The position numbers and the translations under genes are program-made. Shown here piece by piece: positions 1 to 9,270 of a stretch of 55,740 nt of DNA (positions are counted from its first letter, which is position 1; each line of letters opens with the position of its first letter). Source of the stretch: a virus (Duplodnaviria; Caudoviricetes); IMG/VR virus record IMGVR_UViG_3300005805_000112, positions 1 through 55,740 of that record. The stretch is one strand, 5' to 3'. The notes beneath the pieces are model-generated. The model made no database searches, was not told where the DNA came from, and saw nothing but the letters and a program-made list of their open reading frames with translations.

Positions 1-334
1 GCTGTCTTTCAAGGATCTGGGGATCAACAGCGTTTCACCTGAGTCGATCATTGGAGCATCCCAGCTTTGGGTCTACAATGTGAAGACGCGAAAGCTGGGC
101 GTGTATCACTCGGAAGGGATTGCTGGTTTGAAAGTCAAGGGATCAACAATTTTAGCATTCGATAAAAAGACATCAACCAGTAAAAAGTTGAGGAAGCCTG
201 ATAAGGTTCTCCCAACAGTTGTGTCGGGAGGCAAGGTTGCTTTGCGGACTGTCCTCGACAACGTCAAGGCAGTTGCATCTCCGTTGACTGGAAGGATTAA
301 TTGTGATACAATCCTTCTTAGAACAGTGAAATGA
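1..334 (+). CDS. Hypothetical phage protein, 5' truncated
   Basis: Frame of ORF 80..334 appears to continue to the window edge; stop at 334. Confidence 0.6.
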   Translation, partial: LSFKDLGINSVSPESIIGASQLWVYNVKTRKLGVYHSEGIAGLKVKGSTILAFDKKTSTSKKLRKPDKVLPTVVSGGKVALRTVLDNVKAVASPLTGRINCDTILLRTVK

Positions 335-346
335 AGGTGAAGTTAT

Positions 347-586
347 ATGAATATCATTAGATCCTATATCAGTATCCTGCCACAAAAGGATGTGCTTAGT
401 CTTATCAAAGACTATGAGGCATTTGAACAGGCAGGATCTATTGGTGATTGTGCCCTTAGACGGACTGCACAAGACTTCACACCTCCTGGGAGTAGTGTTG
501 TAAACATGATGCGAGATGTGGCTTTTGAAGCCTATCGTGATGTTGCCTATAGCTACCTGGAGGAGGTAAGGGATGAAAGAGCCTAG
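347..586 (+). CDS. Hypothetical protein
   Basis: ORF with upstream AAGGTG RBS-like sequence, in tightly packed + strand array. Confidence 0.6.
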   Translation: MNIIRSYISILPQKDVLSLIKDYEAFEQAGSIGDCALRRTAQDFTPPGSSVVNMMRDVAFEAYRDVAYSYLEEVRDERA

Positions 587-773
587 TTGCTACTGTATCA
601 AATGTCATGATGAGTGGGCGTCAAAACAAGATCCGCTCACAACCAGACCATTTTCATTTCCTATTAGATTTGCTTGCGAGATTTGCGGAAACAAGCGTTG
701 TCCACACCATTCGGATCATCGTCTTGCTTGCACAAATAGCAATCAGCCAGGACAGCCTGGGAGTATCTACTAA
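573..773 (+). CDS. Small Cys/His-rich putative zinc-binding protein (paralog of 2381..2587)
   Basis: CYCIKC, CEICGNKRCPHH, LACTNSN motifs; GGAGG upstream. Confidence 0.7.
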   Translation: MKEPSCYCIKCHDEWASKQDPLTTRPFSFPIRFACEICGNKRCPHHSDHRLACTNSNQPGQPGSIY

Positions 774-982
774 TGAAATATTACTCTTATCTCGAACCAA
801 CCGAAGAAGGTAATGTTATACTTACCAAAAGCGAACAGGAAATCATAGATTCGTATTTCGATTTTTGGTATGCTAGGATGTGTAGGAAATTTGGTAAAGA
901 TTATGTGGATGCAACCTATACCAAACATGATTGTATTGATGATTGGATCGTTACATATTGGGCATGGGAGAGTGATGTCTAA
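773..982 (+). CDS. Hypothetical protein
   Basis: TAATG stop/start coupling to upstream ORF. Confidence 0.65.
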   Translation: MKYYSYLEPTEEGNVILTKSEQEIIDSYFDFWYARMCRKFGKDYVDATYTKHDCIDDWIVTYWAWESDV

Positions 983-1007
983 TAGTTTGATGTTTGGTGG
1001 AACTATT
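969..1007 (+). repeat. ~39-bp direct repeat, copy 1, with internal AATAGTT/AACTATT inverted repeat
   Basis: AGAGTGATGTCTAATAGTTTGAtgTTTGGTGGAACTATT matches 1879..1917 with 2 mismatches. Confidence 0.85.
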
Positions 1008-1033
1008 AGGTTTGATTAAGAACAGGAGGGATT

Positions 1034-1384
1034 ATGAATGAATACTTTCCTGACCGATGGGTCATTGTAAAGATTACTTACCAAGATCAAACTGTCTATA
1101 AGGTATTTGGTACTTGGTTTGGTGGTTTTGTCGAACCTGAGAATTGGCGTTTGAACTCAGGTATTGTCCGCTCAGAGTATAAGAAGGGTAAATATTTGTT
1201 CTACGGATACAGCGGTAGTGTGTATCACTGTCGTAAAGATAACTACGGGACCTCTCTATATTCTTCTTCTGTTCTAAAAAGATGGATTGATAAAGCCGAT
1301 AAAGCTGGGGGCCTTATCGAGATCCTGCCAGAGGACGTGGACCCACTTTCCCTTCCCATTGGAGGACAACGTAATGAAAGATGA
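1034..1384 (+). CDS. Conserved T4-like phage hypothetical protein
   Basis: AGGAGG RBS; PDRWV...WRLNSGI...GYSGSVYHC pattern seen in myophage hypotheticals. Confidence 0.7.
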   Translation: MNEYFPDRWVIVKITYQDQTVYKVFGTWFGGFVEPENWRLNSGIVRSEYKKGKYLFYGYSGSVYHCRKDNYGTSLYSSSVLKRWIDKADKAGGLIEILPEDVDPLSLPIGGQRNER

Positions 1385-1547
1385 AGTTATTATACTTACG
1401 ACAGTAGCGGGGCTTTTCTTTGTTGCGTTTATTTTGATTGTAACAGCCGATGGAATCTCTAGTGCTCCCAAATACAAGTGTGTCACACAAGCTATTGAAG
1501 CTAAGATAAGTGCAGACGATATTCAAAAGATCTGCTATAATCGGTGA
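1374..1547 (+). CDS. Small membrane protein
   Basis: GGAGG RBS then ATG at 1374; hydrophobic N-terminal helix. Confidence 0.55.
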   Translation: MKDEVIILTTVAGLFFVAFILIVTADGISSAPKYKCVTQAIEAKISADDIQKICYNR

Positions 1548-1885
1548 TGAGGATGGTAAAAACTTCATCAGAAGATCTAGTCAAAGCTGTTAGAGTGATT
1601 GCTAACTGGTTTGATCAGCAAGCAGCAAAAGCTACTGAAGATGCTGATTACTGGGGTCATGCTATTCGCGCAAGAGCCCTCGATGAAGCGGCAGATGTTT
1701 TGGAGAAACAGAAAAAGATTCTAACGCATGTGTTTGCTGAAAAGTCTGGCGCATACTTCGTCTGTGGTGAAAGTCACAACAGAGATAAGATGGGATTGCC
1801 TGAGAAGATTTTTGTCTGTCCGAGCTATGGCATCCAAGGTATGGCTGTCTACACCAAGACACGAGACTATAAAGAGCCAGAGTGA
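1544..1885 (+). CDS. Hypothetical protein
   Basis: 113-aa ORF coupled to upstream stop. Confidence 0.6.
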   Translation: MMRMVKTSSEDLVKAVRVIANWFDQQAAKATEDADYWGHAIRARALDEAADVLEKQKKILTHVFAEKSGAYFVCGESHNRDKMGLPEKIFVCPSYGIQGMAVYTKTRDYKEPE

Positions 1886-1917
1886 TGTCTAATAGTTTGA
1901 GCTTTGGTGGAACTATT
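1879..1917 (+). repeat. ~39-bp direct repeat, copy 2
   Basis: Matches 969..1007, offset 910 bp. Confidence 0.85.
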
Positions 1918-2070
1918 TGGCTTAGAGAGGATTTATATCGCGAGTTTGACAACTGGCTCGGTGAAGGAAAGATGTTGCAAAAAGACAGGCAGAAGATAGA
2001 ACTTCTTTTTTAAGAGTGGTTTATATGTGGTCTTATCAAGATAGAGGTATATAGAAAGGAGTGAGGTAAC

Positions 2071-2247
2071 GTGATATATGTACTGATAATTTTTGCACAC
2101 GTTGGACCACTTGCTCAGGGTAACAGCAACGCACTTACTGTAGCTGAGTTCACTTCTCAAGAGCGGTGCGTCGCGGCCGGTCGCGCAACAGAACGGCTAG
2201 CCTCAGGCACCGTGAAGAAAATCGAATGGGTGTGTATGGAAAAATGA
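2071..2247 (+). CDS. Small putative exported protein (58 aa, not in ORF track)
   Basis: GAGG RBS, GTG start; MIYVLIIFAHVGPLAQG...FTSQERCVAAG...WVCMEK, hydrophobic N-terminus and two Cys. Confidence 0.6.
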   Translation: MIYVLIIFAHVGPLAQGNSNALTVAEFTSQERCVAAGRATERLASGTVKKIEWVCMEK

Positions 2248-2380
2248 CTGAAATTTAAGCGAAGGCTAGGATAATAGTATGAGAGTCAGTTGCAAGAATT
2301 AGTGCAATCTGGTCCTGTTAGTGTTATTGTATACAAGGATCAAAGTCGTTATTACAGAGATAAACAAGGAAGATTAAAGC

Positions 2381-2587
2381 ATGAACGAACCTAGCTGCTA
2401 CTGTATCAAATGCCATGATGAATGGTCTTTAAAACAAAATCAACACTCATTCATCAGACTAATATCAACTCCGATTAGATTTGCGTGTGAGATTTGCGGC
2501 AACAAGCGTTGTCCACACCATTCAGATCACAGTCTTGCTTGCACAAACAGCAATGAGCCAGGACAGCCTGGAAGTATCTACGAATAA
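2381..2587 (+). CDS. Small Cys/His-rich putative zinc-binding protein (paralog of 573..773)
   Basis: Nearly identical to 573..773 except central segment. Confidence 0.7.
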   Translation: MNEPSCYCIKCHDEWSLKQNQHSFIRLISTPIRFACEICGNKRCPHHSDHSLACTNSNEPGQPGSIYE

Positions 2588-2606
2588 TATATGAAAGGAT
2601 AACATT

Positions 2607-2912
2607 ATGAGAGGACATCAGCCAACTACTGGAACAGGAGTTCCTAGTCAAACACCCGATCAGGGTACTAGTGGACGAAGATCTACAGCTACTGGGGGCG
2701 ATTCAGGAGCAAGACTAACAGCCTTGGAAGCACGACTGGCTGCACTAGAGGCTCGTGTAGCAATTTTGGAGTCTACTAGACCCCTATACCAGTATAAACC
2801 AACTGTAGCGCAAGACTGTGGTTGTCCAATCAACATCGTCTGTAATAGTACAGCATGCCCTAGAGCCATGCGAGTAACCTGTGCTGTCTCCACACAAAGG
2901 ATTGAGCAATAA
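2607..2912 (+). CDS. Hypothetical protein with short coiled coil and Cys cluster
   Basis: AAGGA RBS; LEARLAALEARVAILE heptads. Confidence 0.55.
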   Translation: MRGHQPTTGTGVPSQTPDQGTSGRRSTATGGDSGARLTALEARLAALEARVAILESTRPLYQYKPTVAQDCGCPINIVCNSTACPRAMRVTCAVSTQRIEQ

Positions 2913-2925
2913 GTAGGAAGAACAT

Positions 2926-3201
2926 ATGAAACAGCTCGACATCAAAAACTTTGATGCTAATATGCATCAGTTCTATCTAGACTGTGGAGTTGATCGTCAA
3001 CCCATTCTAGAGGGCTACTTGCAGCTACAGTATCCGCGCGATATGCGTCAGCCTATGGATCAGAAAGCGTTCAATGACTATGCCAAGCTGGTATTCGTCC
3101 ACGTTGATCCAAAAGAAGTTCAGAGGTCTATATCAATCGCAAGTAATCTGATAGTCAATACAGTTTTGCCTTATAGCAAAGGAGCGATAAACAATGAGTG
3201 A
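2926..3201 (+). CDS. Hypothetical protein
   Basis: ORF with AGGA RBS. Confidence 0.55.
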   Translation: MKQLDIKNFDANMHQFYLDCGVDRQPILEGYLQLQYPRDMRQPMDQKAFNDYAKLVFVHVDPKEVQRSISIASNLIVNTVLPYSKGAINNE

Positions 3202-3400
3202 AAAGAAAGTTTTGATGCCTCGTATGGTTGGATTGGATCCGAATGTTTTTGCTGCAGATATTTGCTCGGTTCAGCCGATGCCAAATAATGCAATTTCTGA
3301 ATTATACAAAGCAGCAAAGAGCCGTGATGAATTGATTGAAGAGGGATACAAGCCAGTTTCTAATTTAGGTCTATTGTGGATCAAGGATAATAAACAATGA
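3194..3400 (+). CDS. Small protein with gp23-like motif
   Basis: PNVFAADICSVQPM resembles the PNLIAxDICGVQPM segment of T4-type major capsid proteins. Confidence 0.55.
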   Translation: MSEKKVLMPRMVGLDPNVFAADICSVQPMPNNAISELYKAAKSRDELIEEGYKPVSNLGLLWIKDNKQ

Positions 3401-3612
3401 ACAAGCGATTATTGGAACTTGCTAAGGAATCTGGTCTTATTCAATATGATTCAGATAGTAAAATGCAGGATGCTGAGAAGTTTGCTGAACTAATCATCAC
3501 CGAGTGTATGGAAATCGTTCTTGAAAGCGATCCTTCTACAAAGATGATCTATCGCGAACCTTACAGGACGATCAATGATAATATGAGAGTCCACTTTGGA
3601 TTGTCTGACTAA
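3397..3612 (+). CDS. Hypothetical phage protein
   Basis: MNKRLLELA...EKFAELIIxEC pattern common in phage hypotheticals; ATGA overlap. Confidence 0.65.
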   Translation: MNKRLLELAKESGLIQYDSDSKMQDAEKFAELIITECMEIVLESDPSTKMIYREPYRTINDNMRVHFGLSD

Positions 3613-3624
3613 CGGAGAGTAAAT

Positions 3625-3897
3625 ATGAGCGAGACACCAAATTATCTTCATCTCGTAGAGAAAATGATAGACGAACGAAACAAGCCATCATGCAGCGAGA
3701 ATTACTTTACCGGCGTAGAGGAAATGATAGTGCCATCATGCGAAGAGCAGATTGCTGAGTTGTGCGAACTATCAAATGCATACATGGATCAATATGTTCA
3801 TTTCAAGGACATGGTCTTTGATATCATTGAAGGCAAGCTAAGTATTGAAGACGCCAAGATTCAAATGTATGGGCTTGAAAGGGGATATGACAAGTGA
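3625..3897 (+). CDS. Hypothetical protein
   Basis: GGAG RBS, 90-aa ORF. Confidence 0.55.
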   Translation: MSETPNYLHLVEKMIDERNKPSCSENYFTGVEEMIVPSCEEQIAELCELSNAYMDQYVHFKDMVFDIIEGKLSIEDAKIQMYGLERGYDK

Positions 3898-3900
3898 GTG

Positions 3901-3928
3901 TTGACTTTTGACGTATCAATTCTTATAT
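3901..3928 (+). promoter_or_regulatory. Putative RpoH (sigma32)-type promoter for hsp20
   Basis: TTGACT-N15-CTTATAT resembles alphaproteobacterial RpoH consensus CTTGAA-N15/16-CCTATAT. Confidence 0.45.
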
Positions 3929-3934
3929 AACACC

Positions 3935-3986
3935 TGCCCGCCTTATGGGGGCATACATTTACCTTGCTTAATAGGAGGTCTATATG
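3935..3986 (+). promoter_or_regulatory. ROSE-like RNA thermometer in hsp20 5' UTR
   Basis: ACCUUGCU-UAAU-AGGAGGU hairpin with bulged G opposite the SD; a second hairpin upstream (TGCCC...GGGCA). Confidence 0.6.
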
Positions 3987-4436
3987 ACAAGAACACCTTT
4001 TGACTACAATCCTTTTTCTGTTGGCTATGACAATCTGTGGAAGAAGCTAGACGATCTTGCATCGTCTGTTTCAAAAAACATTCCTTCCTATCCTCCATAC
4101 AACATTCGAAAGATTGAGGATAACAAGTATGTGATCGAGCTTGCTGTAGCTGGCTTTGGCCGCAGCGATGTCGAGATCACACTGCAGGATGACAAGCTGG
4201 TCATCTCTGGCAAGTCTTCTGACGATGATGAGAACAACATCCTCTACAAGGGAATCGCCAATCGTGCATTCACTCGCACATTCACCCTTGCAGACACCAT
4301 CGAGGTCAAGAATGCTGATCTGATCAACGGGATGCTGAAGGTTTGGCTGGAAAACATTATTCCAGAGCACAAGAAGCCTCGTAAGATCGAAGTGGGAGAG
4401 ACTTCATCTAAGAAGTTCCTTGCAGAAGAGAAGTGA
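3984..4436 (+). CDS. hsp20: Small heat shock protein (Hsp20/IbpA family)
   Basis: YPPYNI, IELAVAGF, LYKGIANRAFTRTFTL, NGML motifs. Confidence 0.95.
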   Translation: MTRTPFDYNPFSVGYDNLWKKLDDLASSVSKNIPSYPPYNIRKIEDNKYVIELAVAGFGRSDVEITLQDDKLVISGKSSDDDENNILYKGIANRAFTRTFTLADTIEVKNADLINGMLKVWLENIIPEHKKPRKIEVGETSSKKFLAEEK

Positions 4437-4648
4437 GTCCTTCTGCATATGAGCTTGCACAGTTAGAGGCTGCTGCAAGAGCTTATCGTAGTAAGGCTAT
4501 GGCTGAACTCGTAGGCAAAGGCTTTTCTTTCGTATGGAAGAAGCTGAAAGCTCTAATTTCTTGGATTCTTTCTCCTCCAGAACCTGATTACCATAAGATC
4601 GAAAGATTGCCTGATTACGGGTACAGAAGGATCCTTCCAAGGGATTGA
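4433..4648 (+). CDS. Small protein, RSP_7527-like
   Basis: LEAAARAYRSKAM resembles small alphaproteobacterial proteins; GTGA overlap with hsp20. Confidence 0.45.
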   Translation: MSPSAYELAQLEAAARAYRSKAMAELVGKGFSFVWKKLKALISWILSPPEPDYHKIERLPDYGYRRILPRD

Positions 4649-4655
4649 CTAAATA
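4649..4655 (+). promoter_or_regulatory. T4-type late promoter
   Basis: CTAAATA, intergenic upstream of 4698 ORF. Confidence 0.55.
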
Positions 4656-4680
4656 GGGGCGCCGGGGAACTGGCGCCCCC
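4656..4680 (+). terminator. GC-rich hairpin (terminator or RNA-stabilising stem)
   Basis: GGGGCGCC...GGCGCCCC inverted repeat; no U-tract. Confidence 0.5.
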
Positions 4681-4697
4681 ACTCGTTTGAGGAAAGC

Positions 4698-5420
4698 ATG
4701 CTAAAGTTCAACAAGTTTCTTTTGGAAAAAACCTCTCTTGCGTATCACGACAAGTTGAACGAGAAGATTTGGGATGGCGACAAGCTTCGTCCTGAGGTCA
4801 GGAAGGTCCTTCTTTCAATTGCAGACAAGTGGAGAGAGTTTGCTTCTATTCCAAAGAATGCAGTCAAGGAAGTCCAGTTGACTGGCGGCAATGCAAACTA
4901 CAACTACACCGATCTGTCTGATCTAGACGTTCACCTCGTCACAGACTTCTCGAAGCTATCTGTCGGCAAAGACTTTGTTGATGACTATTTGTTTGACAAG
5001 AAGGCTATGTGGGCCGACTCTCACAACATCAAAGTCAGAGGCTATCCTGTAGAGCTATATGCTCAGCCTCTTGCTGAGAAGCCTCATCTAGGCCAAGGTG
5101 TGTATTCATTGTCAGCCGACAAATGGATTCAGAAGCCAGACTTCCTCAGCCTTGACTTCTCTAAGGATAAGCACCTAGAGAACAAGACCGACTACTTCAT
5201 GAAAAGAATTGACAATCTGATTGACTCCCACACAGACGATCTTAATGTTCTCAAGAAAGTCAAGGATCGAATCCATGGCATGCGAGGAGCTGGGATTCAA
5301 AAGGCTGGTGAGTTCTCATTTGAAAACCTTGTCTACAAAGAGCTTCGCAACAAAGGCTACCTAGACAAGCTATCCAACTACATCAAGTCGATTGAAGACA
5401 AGAAACTATCTCTTGACTGA
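4698..5420 (+). CDS. Pol-beta superfamily nucleotidyltransferase
   Basis: LTGGNANYNYTDLSDLDVH (hG[GS]x9-13DxD) and VELY third acidic residue; N-terminus MLKFNKFLLE. Confidence 0.75.
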   Translation: MLKFNKFLLEKTSLAYHDKLNEKIWDGDKLRPEVRKVLLSIADKWREFASIPKNAVKEVQLTGGNANYNYTDLSDLDVHLVTDFSKLSVGKDFVDDYLFDKKAMWADSHNIKVRGYPVELYAQPLAEKPHLGQGVYSLSADKWIQKPDFLSLDFSKDKHLENKTDYFMKRIDNLIDSHTDDLNVLKKVKDRIHGMRGAGIQKAGEFSFENLVYKELRNKGYLDKLSNYIKSIEDKKLSLD

Positions 5421-5468
5421 TCTGTAATTCTCTGTTACATTGCTGGTTTGTTTATCACTGGAGGAACG

Positions 5469-7994
5469 ATGCGTTTCTACACGAATGTCTATTTGCATCG
5501 CAACGAGATTCTTTTGACTGGATACGAGAACGGCAAGAAGGTCCTGCACACGATCCCGTATAAGCCCTACCTGTTCATGAATTCCAAGACAGGTAACACC
5601 GACTATAAGACGCTGAAGGGAACTCCTGTCGACCGAATTGACTTTGACTCTGTCTATGATGCAAGGGACTTTGTCAAGCGATACAAGGATGTTTCTGGGG
5701 TCGCGATCTACGGGCTGACTAACTATGTCTACACGTTCATCAGAGACCATTATCCTGAGCAGGAAATTCAGTACGACCCTTCTTTGATCTCTGTCGTTTC
5801 CATCGACATTGAGGTCTACTCAGGCAATGGGTTTCCTAGTGCAGATCGTGCCTCTGATGAGGTCCTTGCAATCACGATGAGGAAGAATGGTAAGAGTGTC
5901 GTCTTTGGTTGCAAGGACTACAAGACAAAGAGCGAAGACGTCACATACTTCAAGTGCACAGATGAAGTGGCGCTGCTCGCGAGCTTCATTAACGTCTGGC
6001 GATCGAAGTCATTCCTCCCTGATGTCGTCACTGGATGGAACGTGGAAGGATTTGACGTTCCCTATCTTGTCAACAGGATTAGAAGCGTCCTTGGTGATCA
6101 GGCTGCAAAGAAGCTGTCTCCTTGGAACATCTTGGATGAGAGGACGTTCACGACGTTCACTGGCAAGGAGCAGACCGTCTACCTTCCTGCTGGCCTGACA
6201 GTCCTTGACTATCTTCCTCTCTATAAGAAGTTCTCATACACACCACAAGAGAGCTACAAGCTCGATCACGTTGCTTTCATGGAGCTTGGTGAGCGCAAGC
6301 TGTCTCACAAGTATGACTCTCTTCATGAATTCTATGAGAACGACTATGATGGGTTTATCGACTACAACATCAAGGACGTCGTCCTAGTCGATCGACTCGA
6401 GGACAAGTTGAAGCTGATTGAGCTTGTCTACGCTCTTGCTTATGATGGCAAGGTCAACTTCCTAGACACGTTCACGTCTGTCAGAATGTGGGACATCATT
6501 ATCCACAACTACCTGCTTGACAAGCACATTGTCGTTCCAAACTTCGATGTCTCTTCTAGAGAGAAGCTTCGAGAGATTCGTGGCGCATACGTCAAGGACC
6601 CTCAGGTTGGCTTGCACAAGTGGGTGCTTTCATTCGACTTCACTTCCCTGTATCCACACCTGATTATGATGTACAACATCTCGCCTGAGACGTTTGTTGG
6701 CCAGATTGAAATCCCTGGAGACGATCCTGTCGAGAAGGTGTTGGCTGGCTTGTTCGACAAACCAGAGATCAGGAACCAGCTTGATACAGACAACCTCGCA
6801 ATTAGTGCAATTGGTTGCTTGTTCGATCGTGACAGGAAGGGGTTCCTTCCTTCGTTGATGGAGCGAGTCTATGAAGATCGTTCTGTGTACAAGAAGCGAA
6901 TGATCGAGGCAAAGAAAAAGTACGAGAAGACACAGACAAAGGATCATGAGAAGGAAGTTGCACGTCTTAATAATCTTCAGATGGCAAAGAAGATTCAATT
7001 GAACTCAGCATACGGAGCGTTGGGCAACGTCTACATGAGATGGTTTGATCCTCGCCTGGCTGAGTCTATCACACAATGTGGCCAGCTGTCGATCAGGTGG
7101 ACTGAAGATCGTATCAACAAGTTCATGAATGCAACATTGAAGACAAAGGACGTCGATTATGTGATTGCTTGTGACACCGACTCGATGTACATCACATTCG
7201 ATTCTCTTGTCAATCACGTCTACAAAGGAAAGATGGAAACCTCTGAGGTGGTCGACTTCCTTGACAAGGTTGCCAACGAAAAGATCGAGACATTCCTGGC
7301 TAAGATCCATGGTGAGCTTGCAAAGTATGTCAATGCGTATGACCAGAAGCTTCACATGAAGCGTGAGGTGATTGCAGACAAAGGAATTTGGACTGCAAAG
7401 AAGCGGTACATCCTCAACGTTCACAATAACGAGGGTGTCAAGTATGCCGAACCCAAGCTGAAGATGCAGGGGATCGAGGCTATCAAGACATCGACACCTT
7501 CTGCGTGCCGAGAGATCATCAAGAAGGCAATCAAGCTCGTGATGACTGGAACAGAGAAGGAAGTTATGGACTTCATCGAGCAGCAGAGGCTGGCATTCCG
7601 TGGGATGCCATTTGAAGAGGTTGCCTTTCCAAGATCTGCAAATGGGATTGCCAAGTATTCTGATCATGTCAAGTTGTTCAAGCAGAAGACACCAATCCAT
7701 GTCAGAGGTGCTCTCGTCTACAACAACATGCTTGGCAAGATGAAGCTGACAAACAAGTATCCTGCTGTCAATGAGGGTGAGAAGGTCAAGTATTGTTACC
7801 TGACCCTGCCCAACAAGGCTATGAGCGATGTGATCTCCTCTCCTGGAGAAATACCAAAACAGTTTGGGATTGACAATGCAATTGATTATGACACACAGTT
7901 CGACAAGGGGTTTGTCGAACCTCTCAAGGCGATCCTTGATGTGATTGGCTGGAGAGTCGAAAAGCAAGCAACACTAGAAGGATTTTTCGGATGA
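5469..7994 (+). CDS. gp43: Family B DNA polymerase (T4 gp43-like)
   Basis: ExoI DIE, GWNVEGFD, DFTSLYP, KIQLNSAYG, DTDS motifs; GGAGGA RBS. Confidence 0.97.
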   Translation: MRFYTNVYLHRNEILLTGYENGKKVLHTIPYKPYLFMNSKTGNTDYKTLKGTPVDRIDFDSVYDARDFVKRYKDVSGVAIYGLTNYVYTFIRDHYPEQEIQYDPSLISVVSIDIEVYSGNGFPSADRASDEVLAITMRKNGKSVVFGCKDYKTKSEDVTYFKCTDEVALLASFINVWRSKSFLPDVVTGWNVEGFDVPYLVNRIRSVLGDQAAKKLSPWNILDERTFTTFTGKEQTVYLPAGLTVLDYLPLYKKFSYTPQESYKLDHVAFMELGERKLSHKYDSLHEFYENDYDGFIDYNIKDVVLVDRLEDKLKLIELVYALAYDGKVNFLDTFTSVRMWDIIIHNYLLDKHIVVPNFDVSSREKLREIRGAYVKDPQVGLHKWVLSFDFTSLYPHLIMMYNISPETFVGQIEIPGDDPVEKVLAGLFDKPEIRNQLDTDNLAISAIGCLFDRDRKGFLPSLMERVYEDRSVYKKRMIEAKKKYEKTQTKDHEKEVARLNNLQMAKKIQLNSAYGALGNVYMRWFDPRLAESITQCGQLSIRWTEDRINKFMNATLKTKDVDYVIACDTDSMYITFDSLVNHVYKGKMETSEVVDFLDKVANEKIETFLAKIHGELAKYVNAYDQKLHMKREVIADKGIWTAKKRYILNVHNNEGVKYAEPKLKMQGIEAIKTSTPSACREIIKKAIKLVMTGTEKEVMDFIEQQRLAFRGMPFEEVAFPRSANGIAKYSDHVKLFKQKTPIHVRGALVYNNMLGKMKLTNKYPAVNEGEKVKYCYLTLPNKAMSDVISSPGEIPKQFGIDNAIDYDTQFDKGFVEPLKAILDVIGWRVEKQATLEGFFG

Positions 7995-8236
7995 ACAAGA
8001 ATGTACACGACGAGTTTGACTTTGATTTTGGTTTTACAGAAAAGACGCAAGAGGAAGTTGACTCAAGCAAGATCAAGGCAGATGATTACAAGTTGAAACT
8101 TGAACGATCAATGAAGCTTGTGATGACGTTCCTCAATAACCTCAAAAAGAACCCAGAGAAGGAATACCTTCACTGGCCAGATCGTACGAAGAAGGTTGAT
8201 GAGTTTATCAAGAAGCTAAAGTCAATAACTGAGTGA
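7991..8236 (+). CDS. Conserved T4-like hypothetical protein
   Basis: DFDFGF...[18 protein letters not shown]; ATGA overlap with gp43. Confidence 0.7.
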   Translation: MNKNVHDEFDFDFGFTEKTQEEVDSSKIKADDYKLKLERSMKLVMTFLNNLKKNPEKEYLHWPDRTKKVDEFIKKLKSITE

Positions 8237-8247
8237 GGATAGATAAT

Positions 8248-9270
8248 ATGGCAAACTTCTTTAGAAACCTTGTAGAGGAACTCAAGGATGATGATACATC
8301 TATCGCGTCAGATGGACACGGAGCAGCTGAATATAGTGGATGCATTGATACTGGATGCTATATTCTTAACGCTGTGCTATCTGGCAGTATCTACGGTGGT
8401 GTACCAAACAATAAGATAACTGCTCTTGCTGGTGAGACTTCGACTGGCAAGACGTTCTTTGTTCTTAGCGTTGTCAAGAACTTCCTTGACATTCACAAGA
8501 ATGGGGGCGTCGTCTACTACGACACTGAGGCTGCTGTCACTAAGTCGATGATGGAGTCTCGTGGGATTGACACAACTCGCGTGATCATTTCCGAGCCAGA
8601 CACAATCCAGAAGTTTCGCACACATGCCCTCAAGATGCTCGATGCTTATGAGAAGACGCCTGTAGACAGCCGTCCTCCGATGATGTTTGTCCTTGACAGC
8701 CTTGGCCTGCTTTCTACTACCAAGGAAATGGAAGACACTGCAGAAGGCAAAGAGACGAGAGACATGACCAAGGCTCAGGTGATCAAGGCAGCATTCCGTG
8801 TGCTGACCCTGAAGCTTGCCAAGGTCAAGGTTCCTATGATCGTGACAAACCACGTCTATGAGGTTGTCGGTTCCTACATTCCTACCAAGGAAATGGGTGG
8901 TGGCACTGGCCTCAAGTATGCTGCATCTTCTATTGCATTTCTTTCCAAGAAGAAGGAACGTGATGGTGATGAGATCATTGGCAACATCGTCAAGGTCAGG
9001 ATGCACAAGTCTCGTCTATCTCGGGAGAACAAGGACGTTGAGGTCCTTCTGAGGTACGACACGGGTCTTGACAAGTACTACGGTTTGCTTGATCTTGCAG
9101 AGAAGTATGATATCATCAAGAAGGTCTCTACACGCTACGAGCTCTCTGATGGTCGCAAGGTGTTTGGCAAGGAGATCAAGGAGAACCCGGAAGCTTACTT
9201 TACTGATGAGATTCTTGCTAAGCTTGATGAGGCTGCCAAGAAGGAATTTAGCTATGGGGGCAATGAGTGA
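8248..9270 (+). CDS. uvsX: RecA-like recombinase UvsX
   Basis: Walker [32 protein letters not shown]; sits between gp43 and gp41. Confidence 0.95.
   Translation: MANFFRNLVEELKDDDTSIASDGHGAAEYSGCIDTGCYILNAVLSGSIYGGVPNNKITALAGETSTGKTFFVLSVVKNFLDIHKNGGVVYYDTEAAVTKSMMESRGIDTTRVIISEPDTIQKFRTHALKMLDAYEKTPVDSRPPMMFVLDSLGLLSTTKEMEDTAEGKETRDMTKAQVIKAAFRVLTLKLAKVKVPMIVTNHVYEVVGSYIPTKEMGGGTGLKYAASSIAFLSKKKERDGDEIIGNIVKVRMHKSRLSRENKDVEVLLRYDTGLDKYYGLLDLAEKYDIIKKVSTRYELSDGRKVFGKEIKENPEAYFTDEILAKLDEAAKKEFSYGGNE

Noticed and set aside
1885-2380. tRNA or ncRNA in the apparent gap
   Set aside because: No cloverleaf seen; partly filled by a 58-aa ORF (2071..2247) and short broken frames
7005-7967. 320-aa antisense ORF within gp43 (similarly 8377..9006 in uvsX)
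   Set aside because: Antisense shadow of codon bias in a conserved gene; no recognisable motifs
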